UHGV virus genome: UHGV-1373966
DNA length: 44,365 nucleotides
From: a virus
Strand: one strand, 5' to 3'
Part shown: in pieces, positions 1 through 8,952 of the stretch
Layout: each line of letters starts with the position of its first letter
Numbering within the stretch: position 1 is the stretch's first letter
Notes under the pieces: generated by a model
Databases searched by the model: none
Told to the model about the DNA's origin: nothing
The model's input: only the letters and a program-made list of their open reading frames with translations
Made by a program: the position numbers and the translations under genes

Positions 1-403
1 ATACGAAGTCATACTGATTATTCATATAGGCATAAAACCCGCCACGATAATCTTCATCGTTTACTGAACCACTATCCCATACCCCTTCCCAAAAAAAACA
101 ATCATCCGATGCATCAAAGGTAATGGTATCGTCCAACAAATCATTTACCTGCCGCCTCCATTTCTTCGGAGGGAGCCACGGCAATTCTTTACCGTCTGCA
201 TCGCGGATTATCTGTTTGCCATCCTGTAATTCGTAAACTATGTGTAATTCGGCGTTGTCCGTGCTGTCTGACCCATATTTTTTTAGTATCGCGCCCTTGT
301 CGGTATTAAGGTCAACGCCAGATAATACATGGGGATACCAAAGTCCAACGCCAGTTGTGGATGATTCATAATAGTTAAAAACAGTCACCGTGGCATTGTA
401 CAT
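1..403 (-). CDS. hypothetical structural-module protein; ATG at 403, 3' end runs off the window edge (continues in-frame at 44301..44365 if the genome is circular)
   Basis: ATG at 403..401 preceded by GGAGGGGAT RBS; ORF open to position 1; lies in the neck/tail-joining region. Confidence 0.45.
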   Translation of the reverse strand, partial: MYNATVTVFNYYESSTTGVGLWYPHVLSGVDLNTDKGAILKKYGSDSTDNAELHIVYELQDGKQIIRDADGKELPWLPPKKWRRQVNDLLDDTITFDASDDCFFWEGVWDSGSVNDEDYRGGFYAYMNNQYDFV

Positions 404-418
404 AAGGTATCCCCTCCA

Positions 419-682
419 TTATTTATTCATCTGCTTATACATCTGGTTAACCCCTGTAGCTGCCAGACCAGACACAGCACCGACCGCCACAGCCGTGATA
501 TAGTCCGATGCCGGGAAGTCTGGGATTGTCCCCATACCAAGCGCGCCTAGAATGCCACCGACAACAGCCATGATGACCGGAATCCATTCGTCCGGTATCT
601 TCTTTGCCGCCTTGCATCCAAGGCCAACCACATAGCTCAGGGCCACAATAGCCACACATGTTCCTAATGTTGTAATGTCCAT
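419..682 (-). CDS. small membrane protein with about 3 TM helices, holin-like
   Basis: 87 aa, three hydrophobic segments (LGTCVAIVALSYVVGLG / IPVIMAVVGGILGALGMG / ITAVAVGAVSGLAATGV), charged C-terminus. Confidence 0.4.
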   Translation of the reverse strand: MDITTLGTCVAIVALSYVVGLGCKAAKKIPDEWIPVIMAVVGGILGALGMGTIPDFPASDYITAVAVGAVSGLAATGVNQMYKQMNK

Positions 683-700
683 TTTTTAGCCTTTCTGAAA

Positions 701-1072
701 TCAGAGTAAATCCAATTCCCTGAATACTTTAAAAATCTTCGGAGATTGAATGGCAAGCCAGTCAACCATTTCTTCGTTAGTTGCCCAAGCTTCGCATGTA
801 TTTGAACTTGAAGAATCCAGACCACTTTCATACAAAAACGCATGAATGAGTTCATGTCGTAATATGGAATTTTTATATCCTTCATAGTCCTTTAATTCGC
901 AATCGTCCCTTTTATTGCAAATCACAATCGTATGTGTAGAAAAATCGGTATATCCATCCCTAAATTTCCCATCCAGGTTTTCATCCTTTTTTTCATCACG
1001 CTGCACAATTTTCCATTCCGTTGCCAGAATATTTACCTTACAGTCCTGCATATAAAAGTGGAATCCCTTCAT
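701..1072 (-). CDS. HExxH-motif putative zinc metallopeptidase
   Basis: 123 aa containing RHELIHAF (HExxH); overlaps the connector gene by 35 nt. Confidence 0.4.
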   Translation of the reverse strand: MKGFHFYMQDCKVNILATEWKIVQRDEKKDENLDGKFRDGYTDFSTHTIVICNKRDDCELKDYEGYKNSILRHELIHAFLYESGLDSSSSNTCEAWATNEEMVDWLAIQSPKIFKVFRELDLL

Positions 1073-1532
1073 TGTCCTTTACCCCAATCAGATACACCTT
1101 TGCTGTATCATACAGGAGTTTATTAGTTGCCTGTTCATCCCCTGCCGCAGAGTATACAGCACTCCAGGCTTTAGCTCCGTTAGCTATTTCAGACGGAGAT
1201 GCATAACTGATTGATTCGGAACCGGATGACTTTGACGTGATAACGCCCGTGGTTGCGCCGCCGGTCCCGCTGGTTATGCTTCCAGCGGCGGCAGATAGCG
1301 CCTGTTTTTCTGCCAGTTCCAAACCATACAGTTTATCAGCTAAGGCACATACGGCTTTCTTGATTTTGGTCTGCTCTCGTTCATTTTCTGGGAGGCCGTC
1401 AACCAATCGGTTAAATGTTATACGGTCAAGATAGTCGCTTGCCCGTTCTGCCTGCTTATCAAATGATTGGGAATTCGGTATGGCACTGCCGTAGTATTTT
1501 GTTGTGTAAAACTCATAATCTGCATATGCCAT
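1038..1532 (-). CDS. head-tail connector / gp6-like DNA-packaging protein
   Basis: N-terminus MAYADYEFYTTKYYG...ASDYLDRIT typical of gp6-like connector proteins; located just after the capsid gene. Confidence 0.5.
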   Translation of the reverse strand: MAYADYEFYTTKYYGSAIPNSQSFDKQAERASDYLDRITFNRLVDGLPENEREQTKIKKAVCALADKLYGLELAEKQALSAAAGSITSGTGGATTGVITSKSSGSESISYASPSEIANGAKAWSAVYSAAGDEQATNKLLYDTAKVYLIGVKDNEGIPLLYAGL

Positions 1533-1615
1533 GCCGGTTCCTCCTTATCTGCTTCTTGCTTTCTTGCTCCCTGTCAAATCTTCGCCGTCAGCGTCCAGGG
1601 ATAGATTACTGGCGG

Positions 1616-2512
1616 CTACGCTCCCCCCGCGCTGATGGTGATAACTGCAATACCATCAAGGTATTCCGCAAACAGAGTTAATCCCATAATTGCAAATGCC
1701 TCGGAAACAGCGGTGTTGTAATTACCCTGTGTATGGAATCCGATAAGGTTTGTTTCTCCGGCCCCTGTGGTATATACCAGTCCAGCCCGTGCAAAATCGC
1801 TTTCATTTGGGTCAACATAGTACATTACAATGTTTTCCACTGGTGTAGCTATTACTTTTCCTCTTGCAATTTCCGAGTCGGACAGCAGAAAGATTGTATT
1901 GAATCCCATGAAATCTTTGAGATACTGGAAACCAAACTGATTCTGCACAGTGATTTCAGCAGCCCCCAAGTACTGGTATACATCCAGAATATTCGCAAAC
2001 CCAACCACACCTGTAACATTCCGGTGCATCTGTTTGAATTTGTTTTCTACCATTCCTTTTGCCATAGCAAGGGCCATCTGGAAAGTGGTTTCTGTTCCGG
2101 TAAGTGTACCGGTATTCAGATATGTATAGAATCGTTCTGTTACATCCGATTGAAGCTGGAACAAAAATTCGTCGTCTGTCATCTGGACGGCATTTTCATA
2201 GCCGTGGTCCTTAATTGCTTCAATGGAAACGGCCTTTGCATACTTCTCTATGGTCATTTCCGCATATGTCTTTTCCTTTACTGTAAATTTGCTGTAAGGG
2301 ATTTCCTCTCCTTCGCCTACAGCACCGCTCTGTAAAGTTCCTTCTGCATATTTGCTTTTCAGCACCGCGCCCGGTGTTTTCTTAATAGGACGCATAATCC
2401 CCAGGATATCCCGGAGGTGCTGCCAGTTCCTTTCAAAGCGTGTTACAAAATCAATTTCGCGAGCCGTAACCTGTATGTCTGCACTTGTAATTAAATTGGC
2501 TTTTGCTGCCAT
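1616..2512 (-). CDS. major capsid protein (HK97-like fold)
   Basis: 298 aa, position after the scaffold gene, composition typical of siphovirus MCPs. Confidence 0.6.
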   Translation of the reverse strand: MAAKANLITSADIQVTAREIDFVTRFERNWQHLRDILGIMRPIKKTPGAVLKSKYAEGTLQSGAVGEGEEIPYSKFTVKEKTYAEMTIEKYAKAVSIEAIKDHGYENAVQMTDDEFLFQLQSDVTERFYTYLNTGTLTGTETTFQMALAMAKGMVENKFKQMHRNVTGVVGFANILDVYQYLGAAEITVQNQFGFQYLKDFMGFNTIFLLSDSEIARGKVIATPVENIVMYYVDPNESDFARAGLVYTTGAGETNLIGFHTQGNYNTAVSEAFAIMGLTLFAEYLDGIAVITISAGGA

Positions 2513-3135
2513 TACTGTTCTCCTTTACCGAATAAATGTAGGTTACTGGCGATTGCAGACTGGCGCTCAGACGGGTCTTTAATCGCTTCAATATCCTTTC
2601 GTGTCATAGTTCCTGGCGTATTCTGCTTACCTACTGGTGCGGTAAACCTCGCCATGTTCTGCTGTACCTGCTGCTGTGCATCATCAACAAAAGCCGAAGC
2701 ATCTTTTTCTTTCATTTGAGACAAAAGGTCATTCAGCCCCAGAATTTTACCATCTTTCAGTTTTAAACCGGCCTCTTTTACTTCTGCCATAATTGCACGT
2801 TTAGCCGCTTCACTGGAAAACTTAATACCCTCAAATTCCGTTTTCAGAGCGTCCGAAAAGTCACGCTCGTAAAGCTGCTCCTGGGCTTTTTTCTCGGCTT
2901 CTGTAGCTTTCTGTTTCCAGTCAGATATTTCCCTCTGCATCGTCTCCAGGTCAACCCCTTCAAAGCCTTTCAGCGTTGCTTCTGCTGCTTCTGCTTTTTC
3001 TTTCCAGGTATCCCGGTCCGCGCTCAGATTGTCGTTTTCTTTCTGCAACTTTTTGAGGTCTTTCCCATTTTCAGCCATGACAAAAGATATCTGTTCCTCT
3101 GTCAATCCCTGTGCTTTTAATTCTTCGGTTTTCAT
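2512..3135 (-). CDS. capsid scaffolding protein
   Basis: 207 aa, highly charged coiled-coil (E/K/A-rich), stop/start abutting the capsid gene. Confidence 0.6.
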   Translation of the reverse strand: MKTEELKAQGLTEEQISFVMAENGKDLKKLQKENDNLSADRDTWKEKAEAAEATLKGFEGVDLETMQREISDWKQKATEAEKKAQEQLYERDFSDALKTEFEGIKFSSEAAKRAIMAEVKEAGLKLKDGKILGLNDLLSQMKEKDASAFVDDAQQQVQQNMARFTAPVGKQNTPGTMTRKDIEAIKDPSERQSAIASNLHLFGKGEQ

Positions 3136-3229
3136 TGATGATTCTCCTTTTTTCCGTTATTAGGTTATTTGTAGGTGTGTAACCGTCCACCAACGGTTTG
3201 CCATTTTGTAGGACTTGGCGTGTCCAAAA

Positions 3230-3318
3230 CTGAGGATGCTGGATTTGAACCAGCGTAAAGAGTGTTCCTTCTTTGCCGGGGTCAAAACCCGGTGCCTTAA
3301 CCGCTTGGCGAATCCTCA
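3230..3318 (-). tRNA. type-II-shaped tRNA (21-nt variable arm, 3-bp D stem) with anticodon loop UUUUGAC, apparent anticodon UUG (Gln)
   Basis: RC reads TGAGGAT-TC-GCC..GGC-A-CCGGG-TTTTGAC-CCCGG-(21-nt arm)-GCTGG-TTCAAAT-CCAGC-ATCCTCA-G; all stems pair; U1-A72. Confidence 0.5.
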
Positions 3319-3466
3319 TGATGCAGTTCCTGCTTAGATTGTCACACTGCGAATTTCAGTCCCGTGTCCTAGTCCCTGGAACTATCGCAGTAGTTTTCAG
3401 CAGGCATTGTCATTCTCTGTGAGGCATTCTGCGTGCTCTCACATCATCCGGGAGCGACCCGACTAG

Positions 3467-3539
3467 ACGGGAAAAGAGGAATCGAACCTCTGACACACAG
3501 CTTATAAGGCTGCTGCTCTACCAACTGAGCTATTTCCCG
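3467..3539 (-). tRNA. tRNA with anticodon UAU (Ile, AUA-decoding)
   Basis: RC reads CGGGAAA-TA-GCTC-AGTTGGTA-GAGC-A-GCAGC-CTTATAA-GCTGT-GTGTC-AGAGG-TTCGATT-CCTCT-TTTCCCG-T; canonical cloverleaf, no encoded CCA. Confidence 0.7.
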
Positions 3540-3888
3540 ATTGCATTTCTTGAAAACTCCTCGTCACGCCTTTTTGCGCCGCATATGTACTCTGAAATGC
3601 TGTCAGCCCGCCGATATCCCACCAAAACAATGCCGTATCATTTTTCAGTTTCGTCCAGGTCATAACTGACAAGTTTTTTCTATCTCCATTACGGGAGGAG
3701 GATAGCCTTTAGAAGGAATGCACATGCCGGAAATTGCATCCGCTTTTCAACCTACAGGCCGTTTACTCTATGAGCTAGGACCTGTTTCTGTTAAGGACAT
3801 GTGCTATAGGAGGGAGGTTCAAATATAGTAAAAAGCCATGCAAACTACATTGCTGTAATCTGTATGGCTCTGCGACTGGCGACTGGCT

Positions 3889-4125
3889 CTATTTAATGCT
3901 TTGCATTCTTTTTATTTCACTTCCATATATATCCATAACAGTTGTATTCCTGCACTTTGGGCAAAACACAGGTAAATTCTTGGCTTCTGTATCTTTTCTT
4001 ATTTTTGTTCTTGTCTTATTATTACATATAGGGCAGTAAACCCAACCATCTTTTACCATGTTTTCACCCTTTCTGTTTATTCTTACTCCCATTTTACTAT
4101 ATTCATAAGGAATAATCGTCCCCAC
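3889..4125 (-). CDS. cysteine-rich KTR-domain small protein
   Basis: 78 aa with CPICNNKTRTKI...CPKC, characteristic of the Firmicutes Cys-rich KTR family. Confidence 0.5.
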   Translation of the reverse strand: MGTIIPYEYSKMGVRINRKGENMVKDGWVYCPICNNKTRTKIRKDTEAKNLPVFCPKCRNTTVMDIYGSEIKRMQSIK

Positions 4126-4259
4126 ATTTTGTAAGGTTAGATATCCCCTCTCATTATACCAGATTATTTTACTTTTCTTATCCCCACTTTCTAACTATAT
4201 ACCAATTGATTGTTTCTCGTTCTTATGGTATAATATCGAATATAGGAAGGGGTTACTTA

Positions 4260-5237
4260 ATGACAAAAAGAATTGATTTAACAGGTCAAAAGTTTGGAAT
4301 GTGGACAGTCCTAGAATACCTTGGTAATCAGTATTATTTATGTCGCTGCCAATGTGGAACAGAGCGAAAAATCTATTCTGGGAATCTGCGTGACGGAAAA
4401 ACAAAATCATGCGGCTGCATAAACAAGGAAAATCTATCAGGAAGAAAAATAGGGAAATTGACTATATTAAAAAAACTTCCTATGAAAAAATCATACGTTC
4501 AATACGAATGTGCATGCGACTGCGGAACGCGATTTATAACAAGTGCGTTCGCATTAAAATCTCCTTACGAGAAATGCTGTAAAAATTGCAGAACTCCCAA
4601 AGTGGATGATATTTCAGGGAAGCGTTTTGGGCGTTTAGTAGCCATACGGTATGCCGGAAAAAGCAACGGAAAACAAACCTTATGGGAATGTAAATGCAAC
4701 TGTGGAAACTCGGTAATTGTTCATCAACAAAACTTAATTAGTGGGCATACAAAATCATGTGGCTGTTATAACAGGGAGGTTGCCATAGAAAGAAATACTA
4801 CTCACGGAGATACAAATACTCGGATTTATCGTATATGGCATGATATGATGTTACGTTGCTATAGCCCAAAACACAAGTCGTACTATTTGTATGGAGAAAA
4901 AGGAATAGCTGTTTGCCAAGAATGGAAAGAGTATAAGAAATTTAAAAAATGGGCTTTAAATAATGGGTATGAAGAAAATTTATCTATTGACAGAATTGAT
5001 AATGCCAAGGGATATGAGCCATCAAATTGTAGATTGGCTACAGATGTTCAACAAGGAAATAATACAAATAGGAATTTAATGTTCACAATAAACGGCGTTA
5101 CAAACTCTCTAGCAAATTGGTGCAGAAAATACGGAGTTCCTTATACAAGGGTACATAGCCGCATATACAGAGGATGGGATATTCTAGACGCTTTGACGCG
5201 TCCGGTACAAATTCATCATAAAAAGGCAGGAAGTTAA
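4260..5237 (+). CDS. Cys-rich zinc-ribbon-repeat protein with C-terminal AP2/HNH-like DNA-binding domain (homing-endonuclease-like)
   Basis: three repeats of G.RFG.L.V....W.C.C.CGN...V....L.SGHTKSCGC, then YxxExG..VC..W......W....GY...LSIDRIDN.KGYEPSNCR; RBS AGGAAGGGG before ATG at 4260; AT-rich. Confidence 0.5.
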   Translation: MTKRIDLTGQKFGMWTVLEYLGNQYYLCRCQCGTERKIYSGNLRDGKTKSCGCINKENLSGRKIGKLTILKKLPMKKSYVQYECACDCGTRFITSAFALKSPYEKCCKNCRTPKVDDISGKRFGRLVAIRYAGKSNGKQTLWECKCNCGNSVIVHQQNLISGHTKSCGCYNREVAIERNTTHGDTNTRIYRIWHDMMLRCYSPKHKSYYLYGEKGIAVCQEWKEYKKFKKWALNNGYEENLSIDRIDNAKGYEPSNCRLATDVQQGNNTNRNLMFTINGVTNSLANWCRKYGVPYTRVHSRIYRGWDILDALTRPVQIHHKKAGS

Positions 5238-5251
5238 TCCTGCCTTTTAGA

Positions 5252-5791
5252 TTACATCATGTTACGCAGTTTTTCTATATAGCGTTTCATGACCTCCCTT
5301 TCCTCTCTGCACTCAGCGTCACGGCTCATCTCGCCCAGTTCCTCGGTCAATTCATCCATGTGATGTTCAAGTGCCGCAAGCATACGCCGCTTGCAATCTT
5401 CATCTTTCCCGCCGCTTCTGTAGCTCTGCTTCTGATTCATGTAGTCGTCATAGGCCGGACCGGTCGCACGGCTGTAGTGTCCTCTGACGTAATGTTTCCC
5501 GCGTGTGCCGCGATAAGAACTGTCACTATCATAGTCCTGCGACATTCCATCAGCACGGCTATAACGTCCCATGCTGTCGCGCTTGCGACGCGCTTCGCTG
5601 TATTCTCCGCCGTCCATTTCGTCCATTACCTGATTGTAGTACTCTTCTTTGCACTTCCAGTACTCTACATTCTCCATGTCTTTCCACATGTCTATCAGTT
5701 TGTATGCGGTTTCAAGGTTGCTAGTGTTCAGGCCCTTTTCCGCAATCTTATCCAGCTCTTCATGGATATTCTGCATCATCTTATAACTCAT
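5252..5791 (-). CDS. hypothetical acidic/Arg-rich helical protein
   Basis: 179 aa, low complexity (D/E/R/Y/S-rich centre), helical termini; no recognisable motif. Confidence 0.4.
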   Translation of the reverse strand: MSYKMMQNIHEELDKIAEKGLNTSNLETAYKLIDMWKDMENVEYWKCKEEYYNQVMDEMDGGEYSEARRKRDSMGRYSRADGMSQDYDSDSSYRGTRGKHYVRGHYSRATGPAYDDYMNQKQSYRSGGKDEDCKRRMLAALEHHMDELTEELGEMSRDAECREEREVMKRYIEKLRNMM

Positions 5792-5803
5792 AGCCTTACC
5801 CCC

Positions 5804-6202
5804 TTAACCTATTCTGCTAACAACAAGGTTAGCGTCTGATACTGTCGCCGCTGTGGCTCCAACGTTTTTTACCGATAAGGTAGCGCAACATGGTTTGCAC
5901 ACCCTTACTTCTACAGTTGCTGCTCCATTGATTGTTGCGCCGGTGGCAACTGTGTTCTGTATTCTTGCACCGGGAATGCCTTCGCCGTCCTGCTGCACTT
6001 CAAAGATAACGTCACCTGCTGCGGCTGCGGAAAAGTTTCCGTTAAAGCCTACACGGTACAGGCCAGGAAGTAAAACCACTCTCCCAGAAAGTGGCTCGTG
6101 CCTTATATTTGGGCAATTACAGGAATATACCCGGTTTGCTGCAAACAGTACACTTCCATTGACTTCAACAGTCTGTGTGCCAGCAGTTACAAAATCTGCC
6201 AT
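5804..6202 (-). CDS. hypothetical beta-rich Cys-containing protein, exosporium/BclA-C-terminal-like by eye
   Basis: AAGGAGG RBS then ATG (MADFVTAGTQTVEVNG...); Ala/Gly/Val/Thr-rich with CNC and CKPCC motifs. Confidence 0.35.
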   Translation of the reverse strand: MADFVTAGTQTVEVNGSVLFAANRVYSCNCPNIRHEPLSGRVVLLPGLYRVGFNGNFSAAAAGDVIFEVQQDGEGIPGARIQNTVATGATINGAATVEVRVCKPCCATLSVKNVGATAATVSDANLVVSRIG

Positions 6203-6268
6203 AATAAAATCCTCCTTATATGCACAGAAGGGCAAGCCTGTGCCTACCCCTCTATGTGTGTAATACTA

Positions 6269-6505
6269 CTATTCAGTAGACATGTCCTTTTCGGACAAGA
6301 TACGCAATATACGGTTGTTTTGGTTGATAATCTTCTCCATGTATTCCTTATTTTGCTGTCGCAACGCTTCTAATATATCACTATTAGAAACGTCACCAAC
6401 GAGTAAAAGCAAATCTATCATTTGCAATGCAGTTGCATATAGAGCAAGATTATCGTAAAACTGTTCGTTTCTCATTAGCACCCGCATCCAGTATTGCATC
6501 CACAA
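6269..6505 (-). CDS. hypothetical small helical protein
   Basis: 78 aa ORF, overlaps the next ORF by 31 nt. Confidence 0.3.
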   Translation of the reverse strand: MWMQYWMRVLMRNEQFYDNLALYATALQMIDLLLLVGDVSNSDILEALRQQNKEYMEKIINQNNRILRILSEKDMSTE

Positions 6506-7185
6506 CCACAGTTAGATGCATATGGATATGGCGCTGGAACCGTATAAGCCGGTACAGGCTGCGGCTGACGAAGCTGTGCAACGATGGTGTTACCAACTGC
6601 ATCAATAAAGCCGTTCTGGGCAGTCTGGCTTGCCTGGAACCTAAGAGTCTGATTTTCTGCTTGGAGGCTGGAAATTTTGTCCTGGGTCAAGAAGTCAAGG
6701 ATAGCCCTGGTGTTGCTGTTGTTGTTATCCAGTAAATCCCTTGTTGCGTTCTGGATTGTATTTCTGGTATCACATGACTGTGTAGCCAGATTGTAGTTTA
6801 CGCCGTCAATTGCGCGCTGTGTCTGGCAGCAGCAATCCTGGAGCTGATATCCCATCTGGCATAAGCTGCGGTCAACACCGTTGAATCCGCTGGTGATAGT
6901 GTTGTTCAGCGCGTATGTGCTGTCACAGATACCCTGCTGGATACCCCTAATTCCGTTTTCTATACCGTTCAAAGCAAAGCCCTCATTGATATCTGCTCTG
7001 GTAGCAAGACCCTGGAGTCCCGCGCCATTTGCACCGTTTCCGCCGAAGCCATTGCCCCAGTTTCCCCCGGCGAACAGGAAGAGAACGATAATCCAAATCC
7101 AATCTCCCCACATACCGTCACCATTTCTGTTATTTCCGTTTCCTGTAGCGGCTGCAATGTCCGCTAAAGAGTAACCACTTTCCAT
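6475..7185 (-). CDS. YjcZ-like TM/Gly-rich protein with Cys-rich C-terminus
   Basis: WGDWIWIIVLFLFAGGNWGNGFGGNG resembles the sporulation-protein YjcZ family; C-terminus ...NCGCGCNTGCGC; N/Q/T-rich middle. Confidence 0.4.
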   Translation of the reverse strand: MESGYSLADIAAATGNGNNRNGDGMWGDWIWIIVLFLFAGGNWGNGFGGNGANGAGLQGLATRADINEGFALNGIENGIRGIQQGICDSTYALNNTITSGFNGVDRSLCQMGYQLQDCCCQTQRAIDGVNYNLATQSCDTRNTIQNATRDLLDNNNSNTRAILDFLTQDKISSLQAENQTLRFQASQTAQNGFIDAVGNTIVAQLRQPQPVPAYTVPAPYPYASNCGCGCNTGCGC

Positions 7186-7238
7186 AAATATTTACTCCTT
7201 TAAATTTATTTACAAAATCATGCGCATTGATTTATGTA

Positions 7239-7487
7239 CTATTTTTTCATGCCTCCAAGCATCTGCTGAAACTGCTGGGCCATCTGCTGGGCTTGGTCTA
7301 ACTGCTGCTGGGTAATCTGCCCGGACTGTAGCATCTTCTGCACTTCTTCCTGGGGATTCCCCTTGAAGTTGTTCTTAAATTCCATAAACTTCTGAATCAT
7401 CTGCATTGGGTTGTTTCCCCCACCCATTCCAGGCATCATGCCACCCATTGGTGAACCGCCGCCCAACATGCTAAATAATGGATTCAT
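7239..7487 (-). CDS. small Gly/Met/Gln-rich low-complexity protein
   Basis: 82 aa MNPLFSMLGGGSPMGGMMPGMGGGNNPMQM...QQFQQMLGGMKK. Confidence 0.35.
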   Translation of the reverse strand: MNPLFSMLGGGSPMGGMMPGMGGGNNPMQMIQKFMEFKNNFKGNPQEEVQKMLQSGQITQQQLDQAQQMAQQFQQMLGGMKK

Positions 7488-7490
7488 ATA

Positions 7491-7961
7491 TTATTTCCCC
7501 TTTCCGCTTGGCGCTGTGCTGGATTCTAAAAGGCCATATAATTCATCATATTTTGCCTTTAAATCCTGATACTCGTTTCTTGTAACATATTTTTCATCCA
7601 GATTTTCAGCCGGTGCAGATTCCTTTTTCTGACCATTTACAATCTCTTTATATTCAAAAGTGCGGAGTGTTGGCATTCCTGCCGCATCGGTTGTCTTAAT
7701 ATAAAAATACTCATTTTCGCTATCCATCAGCAATATAGATGTGCTGGGCGCTACTAAATATGACTTTGCCCCGGCCTCTCCCTGTACCCATAAGATACCC
7801 TGATTCGTCTGAGGAACCTGCGGAACTTGCGTCTGCTGTTGCATCTGATATGGTGCCTGTAGCTGCTGCAATCGGTCCATAGGTGGTTGCATCTGCGGCT
7901 GATATGGGTATGCGTTTGGATATGTATTCAGATAGTTTGGATTGATAAATGGTTGCGGCAT
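7491..7961 (-). CDS. hypothetical protein with Q/P-rich N-terminus and globular C-terminal domain
   Basis: 156 aa; N-terminal PQPF..YPYQPQMQPP low complexity; abuts the previous ORF. Confidence 0.4.
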   Translation of the reverse strand: MPQPFINPNYLNTYPNAYPYQPQMQPPMDRLQQLQAPYQMQQQTQVPQVPQTNQGILWVQGEAGAKSYLVAPSTSILLMDSENEYFYIKTTDAAGMPTLRTFEYKEIVNGQKKESAPAENLDEKYVTRNEYQDLKAKYDELYGLLESSTAPSGKGK

Positions 7962-8053
7962 TATATCCCCTCCGTTCTTTTATAATCCAATTATCCCATA
8001 AAAAATAAGCCCTTGACAGGTCGTCAAAGACTTATAAAAGTATCACGCAAGTA

Positions 8054-8254
8054 TCAGCATACTCTAATTATTTTATTATTGACTTTTCGGCTTAATCTTT
8101 TCGCCGTGGACACACTGACATTCATTTGTTCTGCACATTGTTCCAGTGGCATGTTCTGTGCACGTAATTCAAATAGCTGCCGCTCATCATTTGTGAAATT
8201 GCAGTATGTACGGAAATAGTTTAACTCTGGCACCGTAAAGTCATATACTTTCAA
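8054..8254 (-). CDS. sigma-70 region-4-like HTH small regulator (candidate late-gene activator)
   Basis: 66 aa; LEQCAEQMNVSVSTAKRLSRK helix-turn-helix. Confidence 0.45.
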   Translation of the reverse strand: MKVYDFTVPELNYFRTYCNFTNDERQLFELRAQNMPLEQCAEQMNVSVSTAKRLSRKVNNKIIRVC

Positions 8255-8265
8255 AGCAACGCTCC

Positions 8266-8559
8266 TTAAATACCTTCTGACAAATGCTTTATCATAGCTT
8301 CTTTGGTTTTTTTTAAACCCTCTATGTTGTTACCGGTTATACGATTATCAATTAATGCTATCATTCCCTGACATAAAAGAGATTGCATATCTCTTATCTC
8401 TTGGATAGATTTATAATCCTTTTCCACATTTATTTCTAATTTATCCACTCTGTTTTTTAGCTTAAATGCCGGGTGAAACAATTTATATATTACGGTTCCT
8501 GCGCCTCCAAGAGTAATAAGCCAACCGCATACAACCATAATAGAGTTTAATGTTTCCAT
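8266..8559 (-). CDS. N-terminal TM + coiled-coil protein (possible holin/lysis accessory)
   Basis: 97 aa, hydrophobic N-terminus IMVVCGWLITLGGAGTVIY then charged coiled coil. Confidence 0.3.
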   Translation of the reverse strand: METLNSIMVVCGWLITLGGAGTVIYKLFHPAFKLKNRVDKLEINVEKDYKSIQEIRDMQSLLCQGMIALIDNRITGNNIEGLKKTKEAMIKHLSEGI

Positions 8560-8562
8560 AAG

Positions 8563-8952
8563 TTATCGCCTTTCCCAGTAGTATATTGGTATTTCTTGAC
8601 CGCTGTCCCATGTGTCCCAGTAAAATCCGTCCGCAACCGTTACCACATGACCATCAAGGCCAAGAACAAACACTCCGTGCTGGTGGTCTGCCGCAAATTC
8701 TTCCACAGTATAATCTTCTGGATATTCGTTTGGTATAATGTTTCGCCGGAATCCATTGCGCCTGAGATATGTCCCCCAAACGCTGTTAGCTGACGGCATA
8801 TCTGACTTCTCGCATGCCACCACCATAACACCAGCAAATGAGGTTTCCCAATCCTGTCCAGTTGCTTTGCAGATTGCACGTATGGCGCAGTCACCTACAC
8901 GTTGATTACGGACTGGGTTAGGGTTATATGGTTTCCATCTATTCAAATTCAT
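8563..8952 (-). CDS. hypothetical protein with papain/C39-like Cys...His motifs
   Basis: GDCAIRAICKATG (Cys) and DGHVVTVADGFYWD (His) resemble the Peptidase_C39-like arrangement. Confidence 0.3.
   Translation of the reverse strand: MNLNRWKPYNPNPVRNQRVGDCAIRAICKATGQDWETSFAGVMVVACEKSDMPSANSVWGTYLRRNGFRRNIIPNEYPEDYTVEEFAADHQHGVFVLGLDGHVVTVADGFYWDTWDSGQEIPIYYWERR

Noticed and set aside
701-1072. Considered calling the HExxH protein an ImmA/IrrE anti-repressor protease
   Set aside because: It lacks the downstream E..AN.FA..LL motif. A genuine ImmA is already present at 28908..29333 next to the repressor.
1733-2335. 200-aa plus-strand ORF across the capsid gene. Similar long plus-strand ORFs occur at 5360..5839, 35498..36028 and 40364..40864.
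   Set aside because: Each is fully antisense to a well-supported minus-strand structural gene. They are Cys/Phe-rich shadow ORFs with no RBS.
7239-7487. Considered a YbaB/EbfC nucleoid-protein or Ffh M-domain assignment for the Gly/Met/Gln-rich ORF
   Set aside because: The resemblance is only low-complexity composition. The length and missing C-terminal domain do not fit.
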